Shown in pieces: positions 22,134 through 41,485 of a DNA stretch of 64,000 nucleotides; within the stretch, counting starts at the first letter, position 1; each line of letters opens with the position of its first letter. The stretch is from the NCBI RefSeq assembly GCF_009914755.1, contig NC_060948.1; one strand, written 5' to 3'. The position numbers and the translations under genes are program-made. The notes under the pieces are model-generated. The model did not search any database. It saw only the letters and a list, made by a program, of their open reading frames with translations, and was not told the origin of the DNA. This stretch comes from the human T2T-CHM13v2.0 reference genome, Homo sapiens.

Positions 22134-24238
22134 AGATCCATATTTTTTAAATGAAAAAAAATTTCAAAGGTACTCTGCTTGGTACAATAATCAAATGTAT
22201 AAACTGAGGAATAAAACATAACCATGAAACCTACTTATAACTGCATATGGAAAATACAGAGGATAATTTTTTAAATAACATATTTTGAAAGCCTTAACTA
22301 GTAATTTGAAGAGTTGGCATTTGAAAGGCCAGTATGAATATACCTTCAAAGCAGCAACACAGGTTCCCCATGAGAAAAAGCAAACACAGGGGAAATAAAA
22401 ACACAAAGGTTCAATCTCTTCTGACCTTTGAAAGACACAGCACAGACAGTGGTCCTTAGGACGAAGAGCAGGAGACCCCTAATTCCGTCACCATGGCGAT
22501 AGGGCATAAACATTGCTGGGTGAGGGCACAATCCACATTGTGAGGTCCAACTGCTGCCAGGAAGACAGGAGTGCTTTTACATAGACCGAAAGGTCATTGA
22601 AGGCTCAGAGTTTTGTTTCAAGAACTGAATCCCAAGCCCACACGTTATTAGGCTGCGCTTCTTAAAACAAGTTATGAGATGGGAAAAAGGGCACCCACAA
22701 ACATACGTATACATTATGTATATAATAATATACAGTATCATATATATAATATATATAACCTATGTATAATATTGTTTTACATCCTGCATCTTATGTTATA
22801 TATATTGTATAAAATATAATAATTGATAATATATAAGTTTTATAATTATACAATATGACATATAGTATATATTATAATTTATGACATATATAATATATGT
22901 TATATATCATATATAGAATATATTATACGGTTAATATACGTATTAAATATAAATTATACATTATATATATTATATATAATATATCTGTTATATATAATAC
23001 CCATTATGCATAATATATATATTATGTCTATGTTATATATAGTATAAAACAACATATAATAATATATAATTGTATATATAAAATGTGACATATAATATAT
23101 ATTATATTTTATAACATATGTAATACATATTATATATTATATATAATACGTTGTATGTATAATACCTATATTAAATATATATTATATGACTATGTTATTA
23201 ATTACATGTCACATGTGTTATATATTATATATTTTACATAGAATATACCGGTTACATACAATATATACTATGTTACCTATAATGTATAATTTATTACATG
23301 TAAAATAAAGAATGCAATATATTATGTATAATTTATAATATACAATATGTGGAATGTGATATATATAACATATAATATATGATATATGATATACAGTATA
23401 TGATATATAACATACAATATATGATTCCTAATATATATGGTATACAATATATATTTTATGATATGTATTCTATATGTTTTATATTCTGTTATATATAACT
23501 ATTTGAAATTATATATAACTGTATAATATTTTATGTAAATATGTAATATAATATATATAACTATATAATATATTATATATAACTATATATTATGTTATAT
23601 ATACTTTTATAACATAATTTACATAAAATATCATAATATAATATATATTATATTATTTCATATTACATACTATATATTACATATCAGCCAATATAACTAA
23701 CATACATAATATTATAATATAGATTATATTGTGTTATATTAAATATCATATATATCATGTATCATATATTCTATAATATATATTACACATTATATAATAT
23801 GTATGTTGTCTATTATGTGATATATATAACTCTATATATAATTATATTTTTATACATATAACTAGATAAACATGTAATTCTACATATTTTCATTTATAAT
23901 ATGTAGAATTATATAATCATATATAATTATTTATATTCTATAAAAAATTTTATCATTATATAAATTATAATATATAAAAATTATAATATGTACTACAAAT
24001 ATATATATTATATATCATATATGATATAGTACCTTTGTTATATATCATAATACATATAAATGTGTATTATGTTATCTATAATTATATAATTTCATATATA
24101 AGATGTATAATATGTATCATATATTATATATGTTATGTAATATATACAGTATATATAAGATGACACAGGATAAATATTATCTACTATGACATATAAAATA
24201 TATGAGGTTATATGTTACATATAAGGCATAGCACATAA

Positions 24239-24553
<315 letters not shown>

Positions 24554-26658
24554 AGATCCATATTTTTTAAATGAAAAAAAATTTCAAAGGTACTCTGCTT
24601 GGTACAATAATCAAATGTATTAACTGAGGAATAAAACATAACCATGAAACCTACTTATAACTGCATATGGAAAATACAGAGGATAATTTTTTAAATAACA
24701 TATTTTGAAAGCCTTAACTAGTAATTTGAAGAGTTGGCATTTGAAAGGCCAGTATGAATATACCTTCAAAGCAGCAACACAGGTTCCCCATGAGAAAAAG
24801 CAAACACAGGGGAAATAAAAACACAAAGGTTCAATCTCTTCTGACCTTTGAAAGACAGAGCACAGACAGTGGTCCTTAGGACGAAGAGCAGGAGACCCCT
24901 AATTCCGTCACCATGGCGATAGGGCATAAACATTGCTGGGTGAGGGCACAATCCACATTGTGAGGTCCAACTGCTGCCAGGAAGACAGGAGTGCTTTTAC
25001 ATAGACCGAAAGGTCATTGAAGGCTCAGAGTTTTGTTTCAAGAACTGAATCCCAAGCCCACACGTTATTAGGCTGCGCTTCTTAAAACAAGTTATGAGAT
25101 GGGAAAAAGGGCACCCACAAACATACGTATACATTATGTATATAATAATATACAGTATCATATATATAATATATATAACCTATGTATAATATTGTTTTAC
25201 ATCCTGCATCTTATGTTATATATATTGTATAAAATATAATATTTGATAATATATAAGTTTTATAATTATACAATATGACATATAGTATATATTATAATTT
25301 ATGACATATATAATACATGTTATATATCATATATAGAATATATTATACGGTTAATATACGTATTAAATATAAATTATACATTATATATATTATATATAAT
25401 ATATCTGTTATATATAATACCCATTATGCATAATATATATATTATGTCTATGTTATATATAGTATAAAACAACATATAATAATATATAATTGTATATATA
25501 AAATGCGACATATAATATATATTATATTTTATAACATATGTAATATATATTATATATTATATATAATACGTTGTATGTATAATACCTATATTAAATATAT
25601 ATTATATGACTATGTTATTAATTACATGTCACATGTGTTATATATTATATATTTTACATAGAATATACCGGTTACATACAATATATACTAAGTTACCTAT
25701 AATGTATAATTTATTACATGTAAAATAAAGAATGCAATATATTATGTATAATTTATAATATACAATATGTGGAATGTGATATATATAACATATAATATAT
25801 GATATATGATATACAGTATATGATATATAACATACAATATATGATTCCTAATATATATGGTATACAATATGTATTTTATGATATGTATTCTATATGTTTT
25901 ATATTCTGTTATATATAACTATTTGAAATTATATATAACTGTATAATATTTTATGTAAATATGTAATATAATATATATAACTATATAATATATTATATAT
26001 AACTATATATTATGTTATATATACTTTTATAACATAATTTACATAAAATATCATAATATAATATATATTATATTATTTCATATTACATAATATATATTAC
26101 ATATCACCCAATATAACTAACATACATAATATTATAAGATAGATTATATTGTGTTATATTAAATATCATATATATCATGTATCATATATTCTATAATATA
26201 TATTACACATTATATAATATGTATGTTGTCTATTATGTGATATATATAACTCTATATATAATTATATTTTTATACAAATAACTAGATAAACATGTAATTC
26301 TACATATTTTCATTTATAATATGTAGAATTATATAATCATATATAATTATTTATATTCTATAAAAAATTTTATCATTATATAAATTATAATATATAAAAA
26401 TTATAATATGTACTACAAATATATATATTATATATCATATATGATATAGTACCTTTGTTATATATCATAATACATATAAATGTGTATTATGTTATCTATA
26501 ATTATATAATTTCATATATAAGATGTATAATATGTATCATATATTATATATGTTATGTAATATATACAGTATATATAAGATGACACAGGATAAATATTAT
26601 ATACTATGACATATAAAATATATGAGGTTATATGTTACATATAAGGCATAGCACATAA

Positions 26659-26973
<315 letters not shown>

Positions 26974-29078
26974 AGATCCATATTTTTTAAATGAAAAAAA
27001 ATTTCAAAGGTACTCTGCTTGGTACAATAATCAAATGTATAAACTGAGGAATAAAACATAACCATGAAACCTACTTATAACTGCATATGGAAAATACAGA
27101 GGATAATTTTTTAAATAACATATTTTGAAAGCCTTAACTAGTAATTTGAAGAGTTGGCATTTGAAAGGCCAGTATGAATATACCTTCAAAGCAGCAACAC
27201 AGGTTCCCCATGAGAAAAAGCAAACACAGGGAAAATAAAAACACAAAGGTTCAATCTCTTCTGACCTTTGAAAGACACAGCACAGACAGTGGTCCTTAGG
27301 ACGAAGAGCAGGAGACCCCTAATTCCGTCACCATGGCGATAGGGCATAAACATTGCTGGGTGAGGGCACAATCCACATTGTGAGGTCCAACTGCTGCCAG
27401 GAAGACAGGAGTGCTTTTACATAGACCGAAAGGTCATTGAAGGCTCAGAGTTTTGTTTCAAGAACTGAATCCCAAGCCCACACGTTATTAGGCTGCGCTT
27501 CTTAAAACAAGTTATGAGATGGGAAAAAGGGCACCCACAAACATACGTATACATTATGTATATAATAATATACAGTATCATATATATAATATATATAACC
27601 TATGTATAATATTGTTTTACATCCTGCATCTTATGTTATATATATTGTATAAAATATAATAATTGATAATATATAAGTTTTATAATTATACAATATGACA
27701 TATAGTATATATTATAATTTATGACATATATAATATATGTTATATATCATATATAGAATATATTATACGGTTAATATACGTATTAAATATAAATTATACA
27801 TTATATATATTATATATAATATATCTGTTATATATAATACCCATTATGCATAATATATATATTATGTCTATGTTATATATAGTATAAAACAACATATAAA
27901 AATATATAATTGTATATATAAAATGCGACATATAATATATATTATATTTTATAAAATATGTAATATATATTATATATTATATATAATACGTTGTATGTAT
28001 AATACCTATATTAAATATATATTATATGACTATGTTATTAATTACATGTCACATGTGTTATATATTATATATTTTACATAGAATATACCGGTTACATACA
28101 ATATATACTAAGTTACCTATAATGTATAATTTATTACATGTAAAATAAAGAATGCAATATATTATGTATAATTTATAATATACAATATGTGGAATGTGAT
28201 ATATATAACATATAATATATGATATATGATATACAGTATATGATATATAACATACAATATATGATTCCTAATATATATGGTATACAATATATATTTTATG
28301 ATATGTATTCTATATGTTTTTTATTCTGTTATATATAACTATTTGAAATTATATATAACTGTATAATATTTTATGTAAATATGTAATATAATATATATAA
28401 CTATATAATATATTATATATAACTATATATTATGTTATATATACTTTTATAACATAATTTACATAAAATATCATAATATAATATATATTATATTATTTCA
28501 TATTACATAATATATATTACATATCACCCAATATAACTAACATACATAATATTATAATATAGATTATATTGTGTTATATTAAATATCATATATATCATGT
28601 ATCATATATTCTATAATATATATTACACATTATATAATATGTATGTTGTCTATTATGTGATATATATAACTCTATATATAATTATATTTTTATACATATA
28701 ACTAGATAAACATGTAATTCTACATATTTTCATTTATAATGTGTAGAATTATATAATCATATATAATTATTTATATTCTATAAAAAATTTTATCATTATA
28801 TAAATTATAATATATAAAAATTATAATATGTACTACAAATATATATATTATATATCATATATGATATAGTACCTTTGTTATATATCATAATACATATAAA
28901 TGTGTATTATGTTATCTATAATTATATAATTTCATATATAAGATGTATAATATGTATCATATATTATATATGTTATGTAATATATACAGTATATATAAGA
29001 TGACACAGGATAAATATTATATACTATGACATATAAAATATATGAGGTTATATGTTACATATAAGGCATAGCACATAA

Positions 29079-29393
<315 letters not shown>

Positions 29394-31521
29394 AGATCCA
29401 TATTTTTTAAATGAAAAAAAATTTCAAAGGTACTCTGCTTGGTACAATAATCAAATGTATAAACTGAGGAATAAAACATAACCATGAAACCTACTTATAA
29501 CTGCATATGGAAAATACAGAGGATAATTTTTTAAATAACATATTTTGAAAGCCTTAACTAGTAATTTGAAGAGTTGGCATTTGAAAGGCCAGTATGAATA
29601 TACCTTCAAAGCAGCAACACAGGTTCCCCATGAGAAAAAGCAAACACAGGGAAAATGAAAACACAAAGGTTCAATCTCTTCTGACCTTTGAAAGACACAG
29701 CACAGACAGTGGTCCTTAGGACGAAGAGCAGGAGACCCCTAATTCCGTCACCATGGCGATAGGGCATAAACATTGCTGGGTGAGGGCACAATCCACATTG
29801 TGAGGTCCAACTGCTGCCAGGAAGACAGGAGTGCTTTTACATAGACCGAAAGGTCATTGAAGGCTCAGAGTTTTGTTTCAAGAACTGAATCCCAAGCCCA
29901 CACGTTATTAGGCTGCGCTTCTTAAAACAAGTTATGAGATGGGAAAAAGGGCACCCACAAACATACGTATACATTATGTATATAATAATATACAGTATCA
30001 TATATATAATATATATAACCTATGTATAATATTGTTTTACATCCTGCATCTTATGTTATATATATTGTATAAAATATAATAATTGATAATATATAAGTTT
30101 TATAATTATACAATATGACATATAGTATATATTATAATTTATGACATATATAATATGTGTTATATGTCATATATAGAATATATTATACGGTTAATATACG
30201 TATTAAATATAAATTATACATTATATATATTATATATAATATATCTGTTATATATAATACCCATTATGCATAATATATATATTATGTCTATGTTATATAT
30301 AGTATAAAACAACATATAATAATATATAATTGTATATATAAAATGCGACATATAATATATATTATATTTTATAACATATGTAATATATATTATATATTAT
30401 ATATAATACGTTGTATGTATAATACCTATATTAAATATATATTATATGACTATGTTATTAATTACATGTCACATGTGTTATATATTATATATTTTACATA
30501 GAATATACCGGTTACATACAATATATACTATGTTACCTATAATGTATAATTTATTACATGTAAAATAAAGAATGCAATATATTATGTATAATTTATAATA
30601 TACAATATGTGGAATGTGATATATATAACATATAATATATGATATATGATATACAGTATATGATATATAACATACAATATATGATTCCTAATATATATGG
30701 TATACAATATATATTTTATGATATGTATTCTATAGGTTTTATATTCTGTTATATATAACTATTTGAAATTATATATAACTGTATAATATTTTATGTAAAT
30801 ATGTAATATAATATATATAACTATATAATATATTATATATAACTATATATTATGTTATATATACTTTTATAACATCATTTACATAAAATATCATAATATA
30901 ATATATATTATATTATTTCATATTACATAATATATATTACATATCACCCAATATAACTAACATACATAATATTATAATATAGATTATATTGTGTTATATT
31001 AAATATCATATATATCATGTATCATATATTCTATAATATATATTACACATTATATAATATGTATGTTGTCTATAATGTGATATATATAACTCTATATATA
31101 ATTATATTTTTATACATATAACTAGATAAACATGTAATTCTACATATTTTCATTTATAATATGTAGAATTATATAATCATATATAATTATTTATATTCTA
31201 TAAAAAATTTTATCATTATATAAATTATAATATATAAAAATTATAATATGTACTACAAATATATATATTATATATCATATATGATATAGTACCTTTGTTA
31301 TATATCATAATACATATAAATGTGTATTATGTTATCTATAATTATATAATTTCATATATAAGATGTATAATATGTATCATATATTATATATGTTATGTAA
31401 TATATACAGTATATATAAGATGACACAGGATAAATATTATATACTATGACATATAAAATATATGAGGTTATATGTTACATATAAGGCATAGCACATAACA
31501 TGTAATATATATCATATATAA

Positions 31522-31813
31522 TTTTTTTTTAGACAGAATCTTGTCCTGTTGCACAGGGTGGGGTACAATGGCGCCATCTTTGCTCACTGCAACTTCTGCC
31601 TCATGGGTCCAAGCGATTGTCCTCCCTCAGCCTCCCAGGTAGCTGGGACTACACCACACTGGGACTACACCAGCTGCCACCATGCCTAGCTAATTTTTTG
31701 GATTTTTAGTAGTGACAGCCTTTCACTGTATTGGCCAGGATGGTCTTGATCTCTTCACCTTGTGATCCCCTTGCCTTGGCCTCCAAATTTGCTGGGATTA
31801 CAGGCCTGAGCCA
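31522..31813 (-). mobile_element. Alu copy, unit 14
   Basis: Near-identical to 75-366. Confidence 0.95.
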
Positions 31814-33918
31814 AGATCCATATTTTTTAAATGAAAAAAAATTTCAAAGGTACTCTGCTTGGTACAATAATCAAATGTATAAACTGAGGAATAAAACATA
31901 ACCATGAAACCTACTTATAACTGCATATGGAAAATACAGAGGATAATTTTTTAAATAACATATTTTGAAAGCCTTAACTAGTAATTTGAAGAGTTGGCAT
32001 TTGAAAGGCCAGTATGAATATACCTTCAAAGCAGCAACACAGGTTCCCCATGAGAAAAAGCAAACACAGGGGAAATAAAAACACAAAGGTTCAATCTCTT
32101 CTGACCTTTGAAAGACACAGCACAGACAGTGGTCCTTAGGACGAAGAGCAGGAGACCCCTAATTCCGTCACCATGGCGATAGGGCATAAACATTGCTGGG
32201 TGAGGGCACAATCCACATTGTGAGGTCCAACTGCTGCCAGGAAGACAGGAGTGCTTTTACATAGACCGAAAGGTCATTGAAGGCTCAGAGTTTTGTTTCA
32301 AGAACTGAATCCCAAGCCCACACGTTATTAGGCTGCGCTTCTTAAAACAAGTTATGAGATGGGAAAAAGGGCACCCACAAACATACGTATACATTATGTA
32401 TATAATAATATACAGTATCATATATATAATATATATAACCTATGTATAATATTGTTTTACATCCTGCATCTTATGTTATATATATTGTATAAAATATAAT
32501 AATTGATAATTTATAAGTTTTATAATTATACAATATGACATATAGTATATATTATAATTTATGACATATATAATATATGTTATATATCATATATAGAATA
32601 TATTATACGGTTAATATACGTATTAAATATAAATTATACATTATATATATTATATATAATATATCTGTTATATATAATACCCATTATGCATAATATATAT
32701 ATTATGTCTATGTTATATATAGTATAAAACAACATATAATAATATATAATTGTATATATAAAATGCGACATATAATATATATTATATTTTATAACATATG
32801 TAATATATATTATATATTATATATAATACGTTGTATGTATAATACCTATATTAAATATATATTATATGACTATGTTATTAATTACATGTCACATGTGTTA
32901 TATATTATATATTTTACATAGAATATACCGGTTACATACAATATATACTATGTTACCTATAATGTATAATTTATTACATGTAAAATAAAGAATGCAATAT
33001 ATTATGTATAATTTATAATATACAATATGTGGAATGTGATATATATAACATATAATATATGATATATGATATACAGTATATGATATATAGCATACAATAT
33101 ATGATTCCTAATATATATGGTATACAATATATATTTTATGATATGTATTCTATATGTTTTATATTCTGTTATATATAACTATTTGAAATTATATATAACT
33201 GTATAATATTTTATGTAAATATGTAATATAATATATATAACTATATAATATATTATATATAACTATATATTATGTTATATATACTTTTATAACATAATTT
33301 ACATAAAATATCATAATATAATATATATTATATTATTTCATATTACATAGTATATATTACATATCACCCAATATAACTAACATACATAATATTATAATAT
33401 AGATTATATTGTGTTATATTAAATATCATATATATCATGTATCATATATTCTATAATATATATTACACATTATATAATATGTATGTTGTCTATTATGTGA
33501 TATATATAACTCTATATATAATTATATTTTTATACATATAACTAGATAAACATGTAATTCTACATATTTTCATTTATAATATGTAGAATTATATAATCAT
33601 ATATAATTATTTATATTCTATAAAAAATTTTATCATTATATAAATTATAATATATAAAAATTATAATATGTACTACAAATATATATATTATATATCATAT
33701 ATGATATAGTACCTTTGTTATATATCATAATACATATAAATGTGTATTATGTTATCTATAATTATATAATTTCATATATAAGATGTATAATATGTATCAT
33801 ATATTATATATGTTATGTAATATATACAGTATATATAAGATGACACAGGATAAATATTATATACTATGACATATAAAATATATGAGGTTATATGTTACAT
33901 ATAAGGCATAGCACATAA

Positions 33919-34233
<315 letters not shown>

Positions 34234-36335
34234 AGATCCATATTTTTTAAATGAAAAAAAATTTCAAAGGTACTCTGCTTGGTACAATAATCAAATGTAT
34301 AAACTGAGGAATAAAACATAACCATGAAACCTACTTATAACTGCATATGGAAAATACAGAGGATAATTTTTTAAATAACATATTTTGAAAGCCTTAACTA
34401 GTAATTTGAAGAGTTGGCATTTGAAAGGCCAGTATGAATATACCTTCAAAGCAGCAACACAGGTTCCCCATGAGAAAAAGCAAACACAGGGGAAATAAAA
34501 ACACAAAGGTTCAATCTCTTCTGACCTTTGAAAGACACAGCACAGACAGTGGTCCTTAGGACGAAGAGCAGGAGACCCCTAATTCCGTCACCATGGCGAT
34601 AGGGCATAAACATTGCTGGGTGAGGGCACAATCCACATTGTGAGGTCCAACTGCTGCCAGGAAGACAGGAGTGCTTTTACATAGACCGAAAGGTCATTGA
34701 AGGCTCAGAGTTTTGTTTCAAGAACTGAATCCCAAGCCCACACGTTATTAGGCTGCGCTTCTTAAAACAAGTTATGAGATGGGAAAAAGGGCACCCACAA
34801 ACATACGTATACATTATGTATATAATAATATACAGTATCATATATATAATATATATAACCTATGTATAATATTGTTTTACATCCTGCATCTTATGTTATA
34901 TATATTGTATAAAATATAATAATTGATAATATATAAGTTTTATAATTATACAATATGACATATAGTATATATTATAATTTATGACATATATAATATATGT
35001 TATATATAATATATAGAATATATTATACGGTTAATATACGTATTAAATATAAATTATACATTATATATATTATATATAATATATCTGTTATATATAATAC
35101 CCATTATGCATAATATATATATTATGTCTATGTTATATATAGTATAAAACAACATATAATAATATATAATTGTATATAAAATGCGACATATAATATATAT
35201 TATATTTTATAACATATGTACTATATATTATATATTATATATAATACGTTGTATGTATAATACCTATATTAAATATATATTATATGACTATGTTATTAAT
35301 TACATGTCACATGTGTTATATATTATATATTTTACATAGAATATACCGGTTACATACAATATATACTATGTTACCTATAATGTATAATTTATTACATGTA
35401 AAATAAAGAATGCAATATATTATGTATAATTTATAATATACAATATGTGGAATGTGATATATATAACATATAATATATGATATATGATATACAGTATATG
35501 ATATATAACATACAACATATGATTCCTAATATATATGGTATACAATATATATTTTATGATATGTATTCTATATGTTTTATGTTCTGTTATATATAACTAT
35601 TTGAAATTATATATAACTGTATAATATTTTATGTAAATATGTAATATAATATATATAACTATATAATATATTATATATAACTATATATTATGTTATATAT
35701 ACTTTTATAACATAATTTACATAAAATATCATAATATAATATATATTATATTATTTCATATTACATAATATATATTACATATCACCCAATATAACTAACA
35801 TACATAATATTATAATATAGATTATATTGTGTTTTATTAAATATCATATATATCATGTATCATATATTCTATAATATATATTACACATTATATAATATGT
35901 ATATTGTCTATTATGTGATATATATAACTCTATATATAATTATATTTTTATACATATAACTAGATAAACATGTAATTCTACATATTTTCATTTATAATAT
36001 GTAGAATTATATAATCATATATAATTATTTATATTCTATAAAAATTTTATCATTATATAAATTATAATATATAAAAATTGTAATATGTACTACAAATATA
36101 TATATTATATATCATATATGATATAGTACCTTTGTTATATATCATAATACATATAAATGTGTATTATGTTATCTATAATTATATAATTTCATATATAAGA
36201 TGTATAATATGTATCATATATTATATATGTTATGTAATATATATAGTATATATAAGATGACACAGGATAAATATTATATACTATGACATATAAAATATAT
36301 GAGGTTATATGTTACATATAAGGCATAGCACATAA

Positions 36336-36650
<315 letters not shown>

Positions 36651-38752
36651 AGATCCATATTTTTTAAATGAAAAAAAATTTCAAAGGTACTCTGCTTGGT
36701 ACAATAATCAAATGTATAAACTGAGGAATAAAGCATAACCATGAAACCTACTTATAACTGCATATGGAAAATACAGAGGATAATTTTTTAAATAACATAT
36801 TTTGAAAGCCTTAACTAGTAATTTGAAGAGTTGGCATTTGAAAGGCCAGTATGAATATACCTTCAAAGCAGCAACACAGGTTCCCCATGAGAAAAAGCAA
36901 ACTCAGGGAAAATAAAAACACAAAGGTTCAATCTCTTCTGACCTTTGAAAGACACAGCACAGACAGTGGTCCTTAGGACGAAGAGCAGGAGACCCCTAAT
37001 TCCGTCACCATGGCGATAGGGCATAAACATTGCTGGGTGAGGGCACAATCCACATTGTGAGGTCCAACTGCTGCCAGGAAGACAGGAGTGCTTTTACATA
37101 GACCGAAAGGTCATTGAAGGCTCAGAGTTTTGTTTCAAGAACTGAATCCCAAGCCCACACGTTATTAGGCTGCGCTTCTTAAAACAAGTTATGAGATGGG
37201 AAAAAGGGCACCCACAAACATACGTATACATTATGTATATAATAATATACAGTATCATATATATAATATATATAACCTATGTATAATATTGTTTTACATC
37301 CTGCATCTTATGTTATATATATTGTATAAAATATAATAATTGATAATATATAAGTTTTATAATTATACAATATGACATATAGTATATATTATAATTTATG
37401 ACATATATAATATATGTTATATATCATATATAGAATATATTATACGGTTAATATACGTATTAAATATAAATTATACATTATATATATTATATATAATATA
37501 TCTGTTATATATAATACCCATTATGCATAATATATATATTATGTCTATGTTATATATAGTATAAAACAACATATAATAATATATAATTGTATATAAAATG
37601 CGACATATAATATATATTATATTTTATAACATATGTACTATATATTATATATTATATATAATACGTTGTATGTATAATACCTATATTAAATATATATTAT
37701 ATGACTATGTTATTAATTACATGTCACATGTGTTATATATTATATATTTTACATAGAATATACCGGTTACATACAATATATACTATGTTACCTATAATGT
37801 ATAATTTATTACATGTAAAATAAAGAATGCAATATATTATGTACAATTTATAATATACAATATATGGAATGTGATATATATAACATATAATATATGATAT
37901 ATGATATACAGTATATGATATATAACATACAACATATGATTCCTAATATATATGGTATACAATATATATTTTATGATATGTATTCTATATGTTTTATGTT
38001 CTGTTATATATAACTATTTGAAATTATATATAACTGTATAATATTTTATGTAAATATGTAATATAATATATATAACTATATAATATATTATATATAACTA
38101 TATATTATGTTATATATACTTTTATAACATAATTTACATAAAATATCATAATATAATATATATTATATTATTTCATATTACATAATATATATTACATATC
38201 ACCCAATATAACTAACATACATAATATTATAATATAGATTATATTGTGTTATATTAAATATCATATATATCATGTATCATATATTCTATAATATATATTA
38301 CACATTATATAATATGTATATTGTCTATTATGTGATATATATAACTCTATATATAATTATATTTTTATACATATAACTAGATAAACATGTAATTCTACAT
38401 ATTTTCATTTATAATATGTAGAATTATATAATCATATATAATTATTTATATTCTATAAAAATTTTATCATTATATAAATTATAATATATAAAAATTATAA
38501 TATGTACTACAAATATATATATTATATATCATATATGATATAGTACCTTTGTTATATATCATAATACATATAAATGTGTATTATGTTACCTATAATTATA
38601 TAATTTCATATATAAGATGTATAATATGTATCATATATTATATATGTTATGTAATATATATAGTATATATAAGATGACACAGGATAAATATTATATACTA
38701 TGACATATAAAATATATGAGGTTATATGTTACATATAAGGCATAGCACATAA

Positions 38753-39067
<315 letters not shown>

Positions 39068-41170
39068 AGATCCATATTTTTTAAATGAAAAAAAATTTCA
39101 AAGGTACTCTGCTTGGTACAATAATCAAATGTATAAACTGAGGAATAAAGCATAACCATGAAACCTACTTATAACTGCATATGGAAAATACAGAGGATAA
39201 TTTTTTAAATAACATATTTTCAAAGCCTTAACTAGTAATTTGAAGAGTTGGCATTTGAAAGGCCAGTATGAATATACCTTCAAAGCAGCAACACAGGTTC
39301 CCCATGAGAAAAAGCAAACTCAGGGAAAATAAAAACACAAAGGTTCAATCTCTTCTGACCTTTGAAAGACACAGCACAGACAGTGGTCCTTAGGACGAAG
39401 AGCAGGAGACCCCTAATTCCGTCACCATGGCGATAGGGCATAAACATTGCTGGGTGAGGGCACAATCCACATTGTGAGGTCCAACTGCTGCCAGGAAGAC
39501 AGGAGTGCTTTTACATAGACCGAAAGGTCATTGAAGGCTCAGAGTTTTGTTTCAAGAACTGAATCCCAAGCCCACACGTTATTAGGCTGCGCTTCTTAAA
39601 ACAAGTTATGAGATGGGAAAAAGGGCACCCACAAACATACGTATACATTATTTATATAATAATATACAGTATCATATATATAATATATATAACCTATGTA
39701 TAATATTGTTTTACATCCTGCATCTTATGTTATATATATTGTATAAAATATAATAATTGATAATATATAAGTTTTATAATTATACAATATGACATATAGT
39801 ATATATTATAATTTATGTCATATATAATATATGTTATATATCATATATAGAATATATTATACGGTTAATATACGTATTAAATATAAATTATACATTATAT
39901 ATATTATATATAATATATCTGTTATATATAATACCCATTATGCATAATATATATATTATGTCTATGTTATATATAGCATAAAACAACATATAATAATATA
40001 TAATTGTATATATAAAATACGACATATAATATATATTATATTTTATAACATATGTAATATATATTATATATTATATATAATACGTTGTATGTATAATACC
40101 TATATTAAATATATATTATATGACTATGTTATTAATTACATGTCACATGTGTTATATATTATATATTTTACATAGAATATACCGGTTACATACAATATAT
40201 ACTAAGTTACCTATAATGTATAATTTATTACATGTAAAATAAAGAATGCAATATATTATGTATAATTTATAATATACAATATGTGGAATGTGATATATAT
40301 AACATATAATATATGATATATGATATACAGTATATGATATATAACATACAATATATGATTCCTAATATATATGGTATACAATATATATTTTATGATATGT
40401 ATTCTATATGTTTTATATTCTGTTATATATAACTATTTGAAATTATATATAACTGTATAATATTTTATGTAAATATGTATTATAATATATATAACTATAT
40501 AATATATTATATATAACTATATATTATGTTATATATACTTTTATAACATAATTTACATAAAATATCATAATATAATATATATTATATTATTTCATATTAC
40601 ATAATATATATTACATATCACCCAATATAACTAACATACATAATATTATAATATAGATTATATTGTGTTATATTAAATATCATATATATCATGTATCATA
40701 TATTCTATAATATATATTACACATTATATAATATGTATGTTGTCTATTATGTGATATATATAACTATATATAATTATTTTTTTATACATATAACTAGATA
40801 AACATGTAATTCTACATATTTTCATTTATAATATGTAGAATTATATAATCATATATAATTATTTATATTCTATAAAAAATTTTATCATTATATAAATTAT
40901 AATATATAAAAATTATAATATGTACTACAAATATATATATTATATATCATATATGATATAGTACCTTTGTTATATATCATAATACATATAAATGTGTATT
41001 ATGTTATCTATAATTATATAATTTCATATATAAGATGTATAATATGTATCATATATTATATATGTTATGTAATATATATAGTATATATAAGATAACACAG
41101 GATAAATATTATATACTATGACATATAAAATATATGAGGTTATATGTTACATATAAGGCATAGCACATAA

Positions 41171-41485
<315 letters not shown>
